From an uncultured Anaerolineaceae bacterium (GTDB taxonomy: Bacteria; Chloroflexota; Limnocylindria; Limnocylindrales; CSP1-4), in contig CAZKXK010000002.1 in assembly GCA_964556585.1 (NCBI GenBank), forward strand, positions 1 to 32,539: a stretch of 32,539 nt of DNA, read 5' to 3'. Below are positions 17,059 through 24,530 of the stretch, piece by piece (position 1 is the stretch's first letter; each line of letters starts with the position of its first letter). Below the pieces are notes generated by a model. That model was not told the origin of the DNA and searched no databases. It worked only from the letters and a program-made list of their open reading frames with translations. Position numbers and translations under genes: made by a program.

Positions 17059-18144
17059 TCAGCCGGCCGAGGCCACCTGCGCGGCTCGCGTTTGGATCCG
17101 CTCGAGGAGCGAGCTCCAGGACTTCACGAAGGACTCCGCGCCCTTCGCCTGCAGGTCGCCCCCGACCGCCTCGACGTCGACGCCGGCGGCCGCGAAGCGC
17201 GCCATGAGCGCGTCGGCGGGGGCCGGGTCGGCCGTCAGCAGGGAGCCGACACGTCCGTGGTCGGCGAAGGCGAGCAGGGTCTCCTCGGGCATCGTGTTGA
17301 CCGTGTGGGGGGCCGCCAGCCCCTCGACATAGAGGACGTCCGGCGCGGCGGGGTCCTTCGTCCCGGTGCTCGCGAACAGGAGGCGCTGGGGGCGAGCCCC
17401 TTCGTTCTGCAGCCGACCCCAGCGATCGGTGGCGAAGAAGCGCCGGTACTCGGCGTACACCTGCTGGCCGATCGCGATGCCCAGCTTGTTGCGCAGCTCG
17501 TCCGGCACCGATCCCGCGACGGCCGGGTCCCAGCGGCTGATGAACACGGAGGCGACCGAGCCCACTCCCGCCGGCAGGCCCGCCTCGATGCGCCGCTCGA
17601 TGCCCCGTGTGTAGGCTTCGGCGCAGGCAACGTATTGCGACAGGGAGAAGAGCAGCGTCACGTTCACCGGCACGCCGGCGAAGATCGAGTCCTCGATCGC
17701 CGGCAGCCCCTCGGGGGTGCCGGGGATCTTGATGAAGAGGTTGGGGCGGGCCCCCAGCGCATGCAGCCGGGCCGCTTCGCGGGCGGTTGCCCCGGTGTCG
17801 TGGGCGAGGACGGGCGAGACCTCGAGCGACACGTAGCCGTCGACGCCGCTGGTCCGGTCGAAGACCGGCCGGAACACGTCGGCGGCAGTGCGCAGGTCGT
17901 CGAGCGCGAGCTCGAAGAACGTCTCCTCGGCGCTCGCCCGGCGGGCCGCGGCCGCCCGGATCGCCTCGTCGTAGGCGGAGGTGCCAGCGATCGCGCGATC
18001 GTAGATCGTCGGGTTGGAGGTCAGGCCGGTGACCGCGAGGTCGCGGGCGTACCGCTCCAGGGTCCCGCTGGCCAGGAGATCGCGGGTGATGTTGTCGAGC
18101 CACAGGCTCTGGCCCGCCCGATGCAGGAGTCCCGTCGGGTTCAT
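17059..18144 (-). CDS. tal: transaldolase (long actinobacterial type)
   Basis: 'SLWLDNITRDLL', 'GLTSNPTI', 'GYVSLEVSP' and the Schiff-base region 'LFIKIPGT' are present. ATG at 18144 follows GGAGAG. Confidence 0.85.
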   Translation of the reverse strand: MNPTGLLHRAGQSLWLDNITRDLLASGTLERYARDLAVTGLTSNPTIYDRAIAGTSAYDEAIRAAAARRASAEETFFELALDDLRTAADVFRPVFDRTSGVDGYVSLEVSPVLAHDTGATAREAARLHALGARPNLFIKIPGTPEGLPAIEDSIFAGVPVNVTLLFSLSQYVACAEAYTRGIERRIEAGLPAGVGSVASVFISRWDPAVAGSVPDELRNKLGIAIGQQVYAEYRRFFATDRWGRLQNEGARPQRLLFASTGTKDPAAPDVLYVEGLAAPHTVNTMPEETLLAFADHGRVGSLLTADPAPADALMARFAAAGVDVEAVGGDLQAKGAESFVKSWSSLLERIQTRAAQVASAG

Positions 18145-18168
18145 CGTCTCTCCAGCTGCGAAGCGTGC

Positions 18169-18188
18169 GCGGCCGCCAGGGCGGCCGC
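18169..18188 (-). other. GC hairpin formed by two GCGGCCGC palindromes separated by 4 nt, in the ADH-tal intergenic gap
   Basis: The sequence is GCGGCCGC-cagg-GCGGCCGC. It lies in the 112-nt gap between the ADH stop (18257) and the tal start (18144). Confidence 0.3.
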
Positions 18189-18256
18189 CGGATGCCGAGT
18201 CGAGCGACTCACGCCGTCAGGATGCCACCATTCGCGCGCCCTGCCCCGTCACGGCG

Positions 18257-19282
18257 TCACGCGGTGTCGGCGGGACGGGTCGGAGACACGATCACCTTCA
18301 GGCCATCTCGCCGTGCGGCGGTTCGGAAGGCGGCGTCGAACTCGGCCAGGCCGAACCGATGCGTGACCAGCGAGGAGACGTCGATCCGGCCGGCCAGGAC
18401 CAGGGCGATCGCCCGCGGATAGGTCCGGTTCATCCGCCGCGAGAACCGAAGATCGAGTCCCTTGCGCCGCGCGGAAGACACGGGGATCGACGAGCTGTCG
18501 CCGGCCGGGATCCCGGCCACGACCACGGTGCCTGCCGGTCGGGCCAGCCCGATCGCCGTCTCGATCGCGTCGTCCTCGCCCGCGATCTCGATCGCAGCGT
18601 CGATTCCTCGCCCGCCGGTCGCGTCCAGCAGGATGTCGCGCTCGCGGCCACCGTCGACCAGCGCCGCGATCGCGCCCAGGCGCCGGGCAGCGGCCACCCG
18701 GTGGGGCAGCCGGTCCGTGGCCACGATCGTCGTGGCGCCGGCGGCGCGCGCCAGCTGGATCAGCAGCAGCCCGATAGGCCCGCAGCCGAACACGCCGACC
18801 GAGTCGCCGGGCCGCACGCGGGCCAGGCGGAGGGCATGGATCCCGACACCGAGCGGCTCGAGCATGGCTCCCGCGGCATCGTCGATCCCGTCCGGCAGGG
18901 GCACGAGGTTCGCCGCGGGCCAGGCGAGCAGCTCGCGCATCGCCCCATCGGTCACGGAATGGCCCAGGAACCGAACCCGCGGGCACAGGTGGCCGCGGCC
19001 CGCGGCGCACGTGTCGCAGGCGCCGCAGGGGACCTGCGGGTCGAGCGCCACCCGTTGTCCCGCGCGCGGTCCGTCCACGATGACGCCCGCCGCCTCGTGG
19101 CCGAGCACCAGCGGCCGCGTGAGCACCGCGTCGCCGATCGCGGACTCGTCGTACCAGTGGAGGTCCGAGCCGCAGATGCCGACGGCCGTCACGCGTACCA
19201 GCACCTCGCCCGGCCCCGGGGTCGGGGCCGGCTCGTCGGCGAGCCGCAGGTCGCCCGGTCCGTGGAGGCGGAGTGCCTTCAT
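18257..19282 (-). CDS. Zn-dependent MDR polyol/alcohol dehydrogenase (sorbitol/threonine-dehydrogenase-like)
   Basis: 'GICGSDLHWY' and 'GHEAAG' are present. The structural-Zn loop is 'CGACDTCAAGRGHLC' and the Rossmann motif is 'VFGCGPIG'. ATGA overlap with the upstream gene. Confidence 0.8.
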   Translation of the reverse strand: MKALRLHGPGDLRLADEPAPTPGPGEVLVRVTAVGICGSDLHWYDESAIGDAVLTRPLVLGHEAAGVIVDGPRAGQRVALDPQVPCGACDTCAAGRGHLCPRVRFLGHSVTDGAMRELLAWPAANLVPLPDGIDDAAGAMLEPLGVGIHALRLARVRPGDSVGVFGCGPIGLLLIQLARAAGATTIVATDRLPHRVAAARRLGAIAALVDGGRERDILLDATGGRGIDAAIEIAGEDDAIETAIGLARPAGTVVVAGIPAGDSSSIPVSSARRKGLDLRFSRRMNRTYPRAIALVLAGRIDVSSLVTHRFGLAEFDAAFRTAARRDGLKVIVSPTRPADTA

Positions 19283-21000
19283 CGTCCGGCGTCCTCCGCG
19301 GCGGCAAGGAGCGCGCGCTCCGCCTCGCGGTTCCAGCGCCCGTCCCGGATGGCCGCCGCGACGCGCGGGAAGCGGGTCGCCATCTCGGCGAGCCGGACCA
19401 TGCCCAGCTCATGGAGCGAGGGGTACACCACGATCTTGCCGCCGGACGTGCGCGCCTCCACCGCGGCGAGCGCCTCCGGGACGCCCTCCATCCCGGTGAT
19501 CGCATCGACCGAGATGTTCGTGTCCAGCTCCCCGCTTTCGAGCTTCCGCAGCACGGCCTTCATGTCGGGGATCCCCGACCCGCTGGTGCCGAAGAGGTAG
19601 ACGCCCTTCCCGACCAGCATGTCCAGGTCGAGCGCGGCCCGCGTCCCGGCCGCGAACCCGGCGAACACGTTGACCCGGGCACGCTCCCCGGCAAGCTCGA
19701 CGGCCTGCGCGACCATGGACGGCGCCGGGACCATGACGGCGACGTAGCTGAACCCAGGCTCGAGCTGGGTCGTGCGGGCGTTGAGGAAGGCCGCCGGAAT
19801 CCCGCGCGCGGCCGCGAGCGGGCGCGCCGTGCTCTCGAGATGGGCCAGCCGCCCGTCGTCGATATCCACCGCGGTGAGCGTCAGCCCGGGCACGCTGGAC
19901 GTGACCGCCCGGATGACGTGCATGAATCCCATCGGCCCAGCCGCGCCGATCACCGCGACCCGGTCGCCGGCCCGGAGCTCGCCGTCGGCCGGTGCGATCG
20001 CGTAGCCGTCGACGGCCGCGCTGCCCGGCGTGCCGACCCAGCGCGTGAGGTCGTAGTGGATCCTGCCGACGTCGACCGCCACGGCTCGCCCGATCCGGGT
20101 CCCGCCCAGCACGAGGTCGAGCACGCCCCGCGGCGCCAGCAGCCCCTGGAGCTGCTCGATGCGATCGGCGTCGGCGCCGAAGTAGACGATGTCATCGAAG
20201 GACTGGGCGGCCAGCGCGGACGCATCGGGGACGAAGGCGGGCGCCGGAAGGGCGGGGCCCACCGCGCCCTGGATCGCCGCCCGCTGCGCGTCGTCCGCGA
20301 CGGCCGCCGTCACGTCGGCGGGCGAGCTCGCGGCCAGCAGCGGCGCCAGCCCCTCGACGGCGTGCCCCGCGTCCGCCACGACGAGCAGGTGGCCTCCGGG
20401 CGCGAGCGCGCCTCGCTCGCGGGACGCGTACGAGGCTTCGACGCATGCCCACGGCTCCAGGAGGGCGACGGCGGATCCGCTCGGCGTCTCGTCGACGGGG
20501 ATGAGGAAGCGCTCGCCCGTCCCGGGCTCGATGATCACGCGCTCGTCGAGGAGGACGTACTCCTGGAGCCCGCCCTCGAAGTTGTAGCCGAAGGCCGCGT
20601 TCGCCCCCGGGGTCGGCAGGTGCCGGTAGTCGGTCTGGACGAGCACCCGCTCGCCGACCGAGTGCCGCGTCACGTCCGCCCCGATCGCGACGATCCGGCC
20701 CGCGACCTCGTGGCCGGGGACGATGGGCAGCTCGCCCGGCACATAGCTCGGGATCTCCGCGAGCGTCGCCCGGTCGATGCCGCCCGAGATCTCGGCCTTC
20801 CGGAGGTGCGTCGAGAACGCCTTCAGGAGCTTCGTGTCGGAGAAGCAGATCCCGACCGCCTCGACCTTCACGACAAGCTGGGTGGGGCCCGGCAGATGCA
20901 CGGGCTTGGCCCGGTTGTGGACCAGCCGGCCGGGCCCGACGACCTGGATCGCGTGCTGGGTCGCCGGCAGGTTGGCAACGGGCGGCTGGGTCTGGTTCAT
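19279..21000 (-). CDS. atypical 573-aa MDR-family dehydrogenase with two tandem dinucleotide-fold regions
   Basis: The N-terminal GroES-like domain has 'VEAVGICFSDTKL' and 'PGHEVAG' but no Cys-rich structural-Zn loop. The first Rossmann-like segment has a degenerate glycine motif, 'LLVVADAGHAVEG'. The second segment has an intact motif, 'VAVIGAAGPMG'. A GAGGAA RBS precedes ATG 21000. Confidence 0.65.
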   Translation of the reverse strand: MNQTQPPVANLPATQHAIQVVGPGRLVHNRAKPVHLPGPTQLVVKVEAVGICFSDTKLLKAFSTHLRKAEISGGIDRATLAEIPSYVPGELPIVPGHEVAGRIVAIGADVTRHSVGERVLVQTDYRHLPTPGANAAFGYNFEGGLQEYVLLDERVIIEPGTGERFLIPVDETPSGSAVALLEPWACVEASYASRERGALAPGGHLLVVADAGHAVEGLAPLLAASSPADVTAAVADDAQRAAIQGAVGPALPAPAFVPDASALAAQSFDDIVYFGADADRIEQLQGLLAPRGVLDLVLGGTRIGRAVAVDVGRIHYDLTRWVGTPGSAAVDGYAIAPADGELRAGDRVAVIGAAGPMGFMHVIRAVTSSVPGLTLTAVDIDDGRLAHLESTARPLAAARGIPAAFLNARTTQLEPGFSYVAVMVPAPSMVAQAVELAGERARVNVFAGFAAGTRAALDLDMLVGKGVYLFGTSGSGIPDMKAVLRKLESGELDTNISVDAITGMEGVPEALAAVEARTSGGKIVVYPSLHELGMVRLAEMATRFPRVAAAIRDGRWNREAERALLAAAEDAGR

Positions 21001-21070
21001 CGGGCGATTCCTCGTCGCGTCGGGGCACGTGGGGCGCGGACCGGACCGGCCGCACGGTGGGCGCAGCGGC

Positions 21071-23149
21071 TCAACTCAACATCACCTGGCCACCCGTCAC
21101 CGGCAGCGCCTGGCCGGTCTCGTACCGCTGGGCGACGAGGTAGTAGAGCGCCTCCAGGACGTCCGCCGGCGTGCAGCCCCGGCCCATCGGCACCTTTGCC
21201 TCGTAGAAACGGCGCACGTCGTCGATGGTCGTGGCACCGGGAACCTTGCCCTCGCGGAGGTATTGCACGAAGAGGCCGTTGTCCGGGTCGGCCCACAGTG
21301 GCCCCTCCAGGAAGTTGCCGGGGCAGATCGCGTTGACCTTGATCCCGTCCCCGACCAGCTCCAGGGCGAACGACTGGGTGAGCCCGATCCCACCGAACTT
21401 GGACCCCGCGTAGGCGCTGTTTCGGCTGGAGCCGACGAGCCCGGACTTGGAGTTGATCTCGATGATGTCGCACCATCGGTCGGGCTTCGCGCGGTGCTGG
21501 CGCGCCATGATCGGGGCCGCCGCCCGGACAACCAGGAAGTAGCCCCGGTAGTTGACCTGCGTCACGAGGTCGAAGTCGGCCACGGGCTGGGACATCACGC
21601 CGCCGGCGCGCAGCACGCCCGCGTTCGAGACGAGGAGGTCGAGGCCGCCGTAGCGCACGACGGTCGCGTGGAGGCCGTCGGCGACGGACTGCTCGTCCAT
21701 GACGTTCATGCTGACGGCGCAGGCCCGGCCCGGGCCGAAGCGGGCCTCCAGGTCCCTCGCGTTCGCCTCCGCGAGCGCCGCGTTGAGATCGGCCAACACG
21801 ACGTGGCCACCCTGCGCCACGAGGTCTTCCGCGATGGCGAGCCCGAAACCCTGGGCGGCGCCGGTCACGAGTGCCACTTTCCCCGCCAGCCGGCCGTCAC
21901 CGGCGGCCCCACCCGCGACGGCACGCCGGTACGACTCCGCTTCCCATGTCTCGATGAACGTCCGCTCGGTGTCGGAAAGGGCCCGCACGCCACCCAGGGA
22001 AACGGCGCGTTCTGCGACGCGCAGCGAGTCGAGGTAGACGTGGCGCGCCGTGTCCGCCTCGCTCCACGAGTCACCGGCGGCAAACAACCCGAGGCCCGGC
22101 ACGACCACGATGATGGGCAGCGCGCCGTGAGCGGCCAGGTGCGCCCGCAGGCCTTCGTCGAGCAGACCTGGCACGTCCTCCGCCGGGACGTCGTCGGGCA
22201 GGTCCACCAGGAGCGGCCACGACCCGGTGTAGACGATCTGGTCCGGCGTGAGCGGTCCGCCCAGCACGAACGCCCGGCCGGCGGGCGTGGCGGTGAACGT
22301 GGCAGCGAGGGGGGCGTCGTCGAACGTGACGACCCGGAGCGTGTCGCTGCCCGCGAGCAGCCCGCGGAGCGCTGGCGAGATCACGTGGACCAGGCCACGC
22401 GCGCGAGCCGCGTCGTCGCCGGCCGCTCGCGGATCTCCGGGGCGGGGTCCAGCGGGTGGCGCCGAGGGCCGACCCTCCGCGCCCCGGATCTTCTCGAGGA
22501 GCCACGCGGATCGCTGGTCGATCTCCTCCGCCGTGTCTCCGGCGACGATGAGCCCGTGGTTCTGCATCAGGGTCACCGACGGCGCCGGCCGGCCGGTGCG
22601 GGCCTCGTAGGCGCTGCGAGCATCGACGATGGCACGCGCGAGCGGGAGCCCCGGATCCGTGTAGGAGACCCACAGCGCCTGGTCGCCGAGCAAGCGCCGG
22701 GCGAGGGCCGCGCCGTCGCTGTTGCAGGTGACGGCGTTGATCTCGACCGGGTGCGTGTGGAGGATGAAGCGCTCGGGCAGGAAGGCGTGGAACAGCAGCT
22801 CCACGGAGGGCCTGCGCCCGCCGGCGTCGTCCAGCCGCGCTGCCATCCCGGCGCGCATGACCGGGTCCCCCACGGATCCGTCCGCATCCGGTGGCGCGTC
22901 GCCGGAACGGAGCATCTCGAGGAGTGGCTCGATGTCCAACGCGACGAGCTCGTCCACGCTGAGCGTGGCGAGGGCGACGCCGCTCGGCTTGATGTAGAGG
23001 ACGCCGTCGACCTTCGCCGAGGCGTTTCCGCCCCCGCCTCTCGAGAACTCGGGGTCGCGCCCATAGCGCCGGGCCACCTCGATAAGGGCGTCCAGCGTCG
23101 CGACCGGCCTCGGCGGCAGCTCGCGGCGTCCGGGCTGCAGGGCGCTCAT
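21071..23149 (-). CDS. rhaEW: bifunctional rhamnulose-1-phosphate aldolase (class II) / short-chain dehydrogenase (lactaldehyde dehydrogenase), RhaEW type
   Basis: ATG at 23149 (MSALQPG) forms an ATGA overlap with the upstream stop. The N-terminal aldolase has 'GGGGNASAK' and 'ILHTHP'. The C-terminal SDR has 'VALVTGAAQGFG' and 'YAGSKFG'. At 692 aa it matches the known fusion size. Residues 1-151 of the track ORF are an overlap artefact. Confidence 0.8.
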   Translation of the reverse strand: MSALQPGRRELPPRPVATLDALIEVARRYGRDPEFSRGGGGNASAKVDGVLYIKPSGVALATLSVDELVALDIEPLLEMLRSGDAPPDADGSVGDPVMRAGMAARLDDAGGRRPSVELLFHAFLPERFILHTHPVEINAVTCNSDGAALARRLLGDQALWVSYTDPGLPLARAIVDARSAYEARTGRPAPSVTLMQNHGLIVAGDTAEEIDQRSAWLLEKIRGAEGRPSAPPAGPRPGDPRAAGDDAARARGLVHVISPALRGLLAGSDTLRVVTFDDAPLAATFTATPAGRAFVLGGPLTPDQIVYTGSWPLLVDLPDDVPAEDVPGLLDEGLRAHLAAHGALPIIVVVPGLGLFAAGDSWSEADTARHVYLDSLRVAERAVSLGGVRALSDTERTFIETWEAESYRRAVAGGAAGDGRLAGKVALVTGAAQGFGLAIAEDLVAQGGHVVLADLNAALAEANARDLEARFGPGRACAVSMNVMDEQSVADGLHATVVRYGGLDLLVSNAGVLRAGGVMSQPVADFDLVTQVNYRGYFLVVRAAAPIMARQHRAKPDRWCDIIEINSKSGLVGSSRNSAYAGSKFGGIGLTQSFALELVGDGIKVNAICPGNFLEGPLWADPDNGLFVQYLREGKVPGATTIDDVRRFYEAKVPMGRGCTPADVLEALYYLVAQRYETGQALPVTGGQVMLS

Positions 23150-24384
23150 CGGGCCGCCACGCCGGACGCGGCGTCGATCAGCTGCGCGCCCATCTCGGCG
23201 AACCATCGGACCCGCGCGGCGCCGTCGGGGAAGCCCGGGTTGAGCCGGCCTTCGCCGTCCACGTAGCCCGGCTTTCCGGTCGCCCGAAGGTGCTGGTGAG
23301 CGGCCACCACGCAGGTCGCCTCCCAGAACGCCGCCCGCGCGGCCGGGGACGGCAGCGTCCCGTCCAGGCAGCGTGGCTCCAGCGGAATCCGCGCCCGGGT
23401 GTTGTGCTCCGTGCCCGCCATCACGATGATGCCGGACTCGCGGAACGCAGACACGTAGGCGTCCACGATCTCCGGCCGGTTGCGCCCGGGAATCAGCTCC
23501 GCGACGAAGATCCCGCTGGCCTGGAGGCGCTCGGCCAGCGCCGCCGGCGGCTCCTCCCACGGGCAGATGGGGGACGCTCCGTCCGCCAGCGTCGGGTAGC
23601 ACGGGATGCCGCCCAGCCCGAGGATCACCCGGATGGCGTCGCGGAACGAGACCGGCGACTCCGGCACGAAGGCCGGCCCGCCCGCCTTCATCAGCCCGGC
23701 GCGGATCCCGTCCTGGACGCCGATCGGGTCATTGAGCGAACCGCCGAACGGCTTCCCGAGCACCCGGGCCAGCAGGTCGCGCCGGCGTTCGGGCGCCGCC
23801 GCCAGGAAGACCGCCTCCTGGAAGGCCATCGCCACGTGGCGCTCCTGGAGCACGACCCAGCCGCCCGCGACGTCGGATTGCTCCGCGACCTCCGCCGCGA
23901 TGTTCTCCGGGGTCAGCGCGGTTTCCAGGCCGGCCTCCTGGAAGCGGGCTCGGACCAGCGCCACCATGGTGCGCATCCGGTTCGCGTCCGCGGTCCGCGC
24001 GTGGGCCAGCAGGCCCGCCGCGTCAGGTGCCGGCGCCATGAACGGGTCGATGCCCTTTCCGCAGACGTACATGCGGCCCGGGTTGCCGGGGTCGTTGACG
24101 CGCGTGCCCGCGTCGTGCAGGTCGTCGAGCACGCAGATGAACTCGAGGCCGAAGAGCGGAAGGATGCGGGCCGCCCGGGCGGCCTCCGCGAACCGGGCGT
24201 AGATGCGCGTGTCGTGGAAGTTGGACGTGCCGAGGACCCGGACCCCTTCCGCGGCCGCGGTCTCGACGGCGTCCTCTGCGCTCTCGAAGGCCGAGAAGTT
24301 GGGCGGGATGTGAATGTGCGTGTTGACGATGGGTCGCCCCTCGTCGGCTGGCCGGCCAGGGCGCCTGCTCCCACCTTCGCTCAT
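23146..24384 (-). CDS. conserved-looking protein of unknown function with an N-terminal HxH metal-hydrolase (PHP/amidohydrolase-like) signature
   Basis: ATG at 24384 (MSEGG). 'VNTHIHIPPNFSAF', 'GTSNFHD', 'GLEF' and 'MAGTEHN' are spaced like PHP-type ligands, but with large insertions. GC3 is high. The stop overlaps the rhaEW start. Confidence 0.55.
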   Translation of the reverse strand: MSEGGSRRPGRPADEGRPIVNTHIHIPPNFSAFESAEDAVETAAAEGVRVLGTSNFHDTRIYARFAEAARAARILPLFGLEFICVLDDLHDAGTRVNDPGNPGRMYVCGKGIDPFMAPAPDAAGLLAHARTADANRMRTMVALVRARFQEAGLETALTPENIAAEVAEQSDVAGGWVVLQERHVAMAFQEAVFLAAAPERRRDLLARVLGKPFGGSLNDPIGVQDGIRAGLMKAGGPAFVPESPVSFRDAIRVILGLGGIPCYPTLADGASPICPWEEPPAALAERLQASGIFVAELIPGRNRPEIVDAYVSAFRESGIIVMAGTEHNTRARIPLEPRCLDGTLPSPAARAAFWEATCVVAAHQHLRATGKPGYVDGEGRLNPGFPDGAARVRWFAEMGAQLIDAASGVAAR

Positions 24385-24450
24385 CGTCGTCCCGCTTCCC
24401 CTTCCACGGACCTGGAGGATCCTGAACACCCGAACGAATCAATGCGGGTG

Positions 24451-24480
24451 TTTACGATTGCTTTCGACTTGGCATAGAAT
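24451..24480 (+). promoter_or_regulatory. candidate rhaD promoter
   Basis: TTTACG (24451-56), 18 nt, then TAGAAT (24475-80), inside the locally AT-richer divergent gap. The ATG follows about 50 nt downstream with a GAGG RBS. Confidence 0.3.
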
Positions 24481-24530
24481 ACGCCAGCCAACGCGAAGCC
24501 TCAAGCACCAGTCGAGAACCGAGGTCCAGC

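Noticed and set aside
17059-18144. The idea that the transaldolase acts directly on L-rhamnulose or its phosphate.
   Set aside because: Transaldolases transfer a dihydroxyacetone unit from donors with D-threo (3S,4R) configuration. L-rhamnulose has the opposite L-threo configuration, the one made by RhaD. This shortcut is therefore stereochemically unlikely.
14204-23266. Other long shadow ORFs, such as 14204..16057(-), 15795..16922(-), 16900..18366(+), 18014..19600(+), 19273..21336(+) and 20777..23266(+).
   Set aside because: Each overlaps a gene with clear family motifs (rhaB, rhaI, tal, ADHs, rhaEW), either on the opposite strand or in another frame. All have the Arg/Pro/Gly-dominated composition typical of non-coding frames in high-GC DNA.
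17059-24384. Interpretation as a sulfoquinovose (sulfo-TAL or sulfo-EMP) pathway, because of the transaldolase, aldolase and dehydrogenases.
   Set aside because: I recognise no sulfoquinovosidase, SQ isomerase, sulfolactaldehyde-specific enzyme or sulfonate exporter. The neighbouring genes (rhaM, rhaB, rhaI, rhaEW, rhaD) are specifically rhamnose-type.
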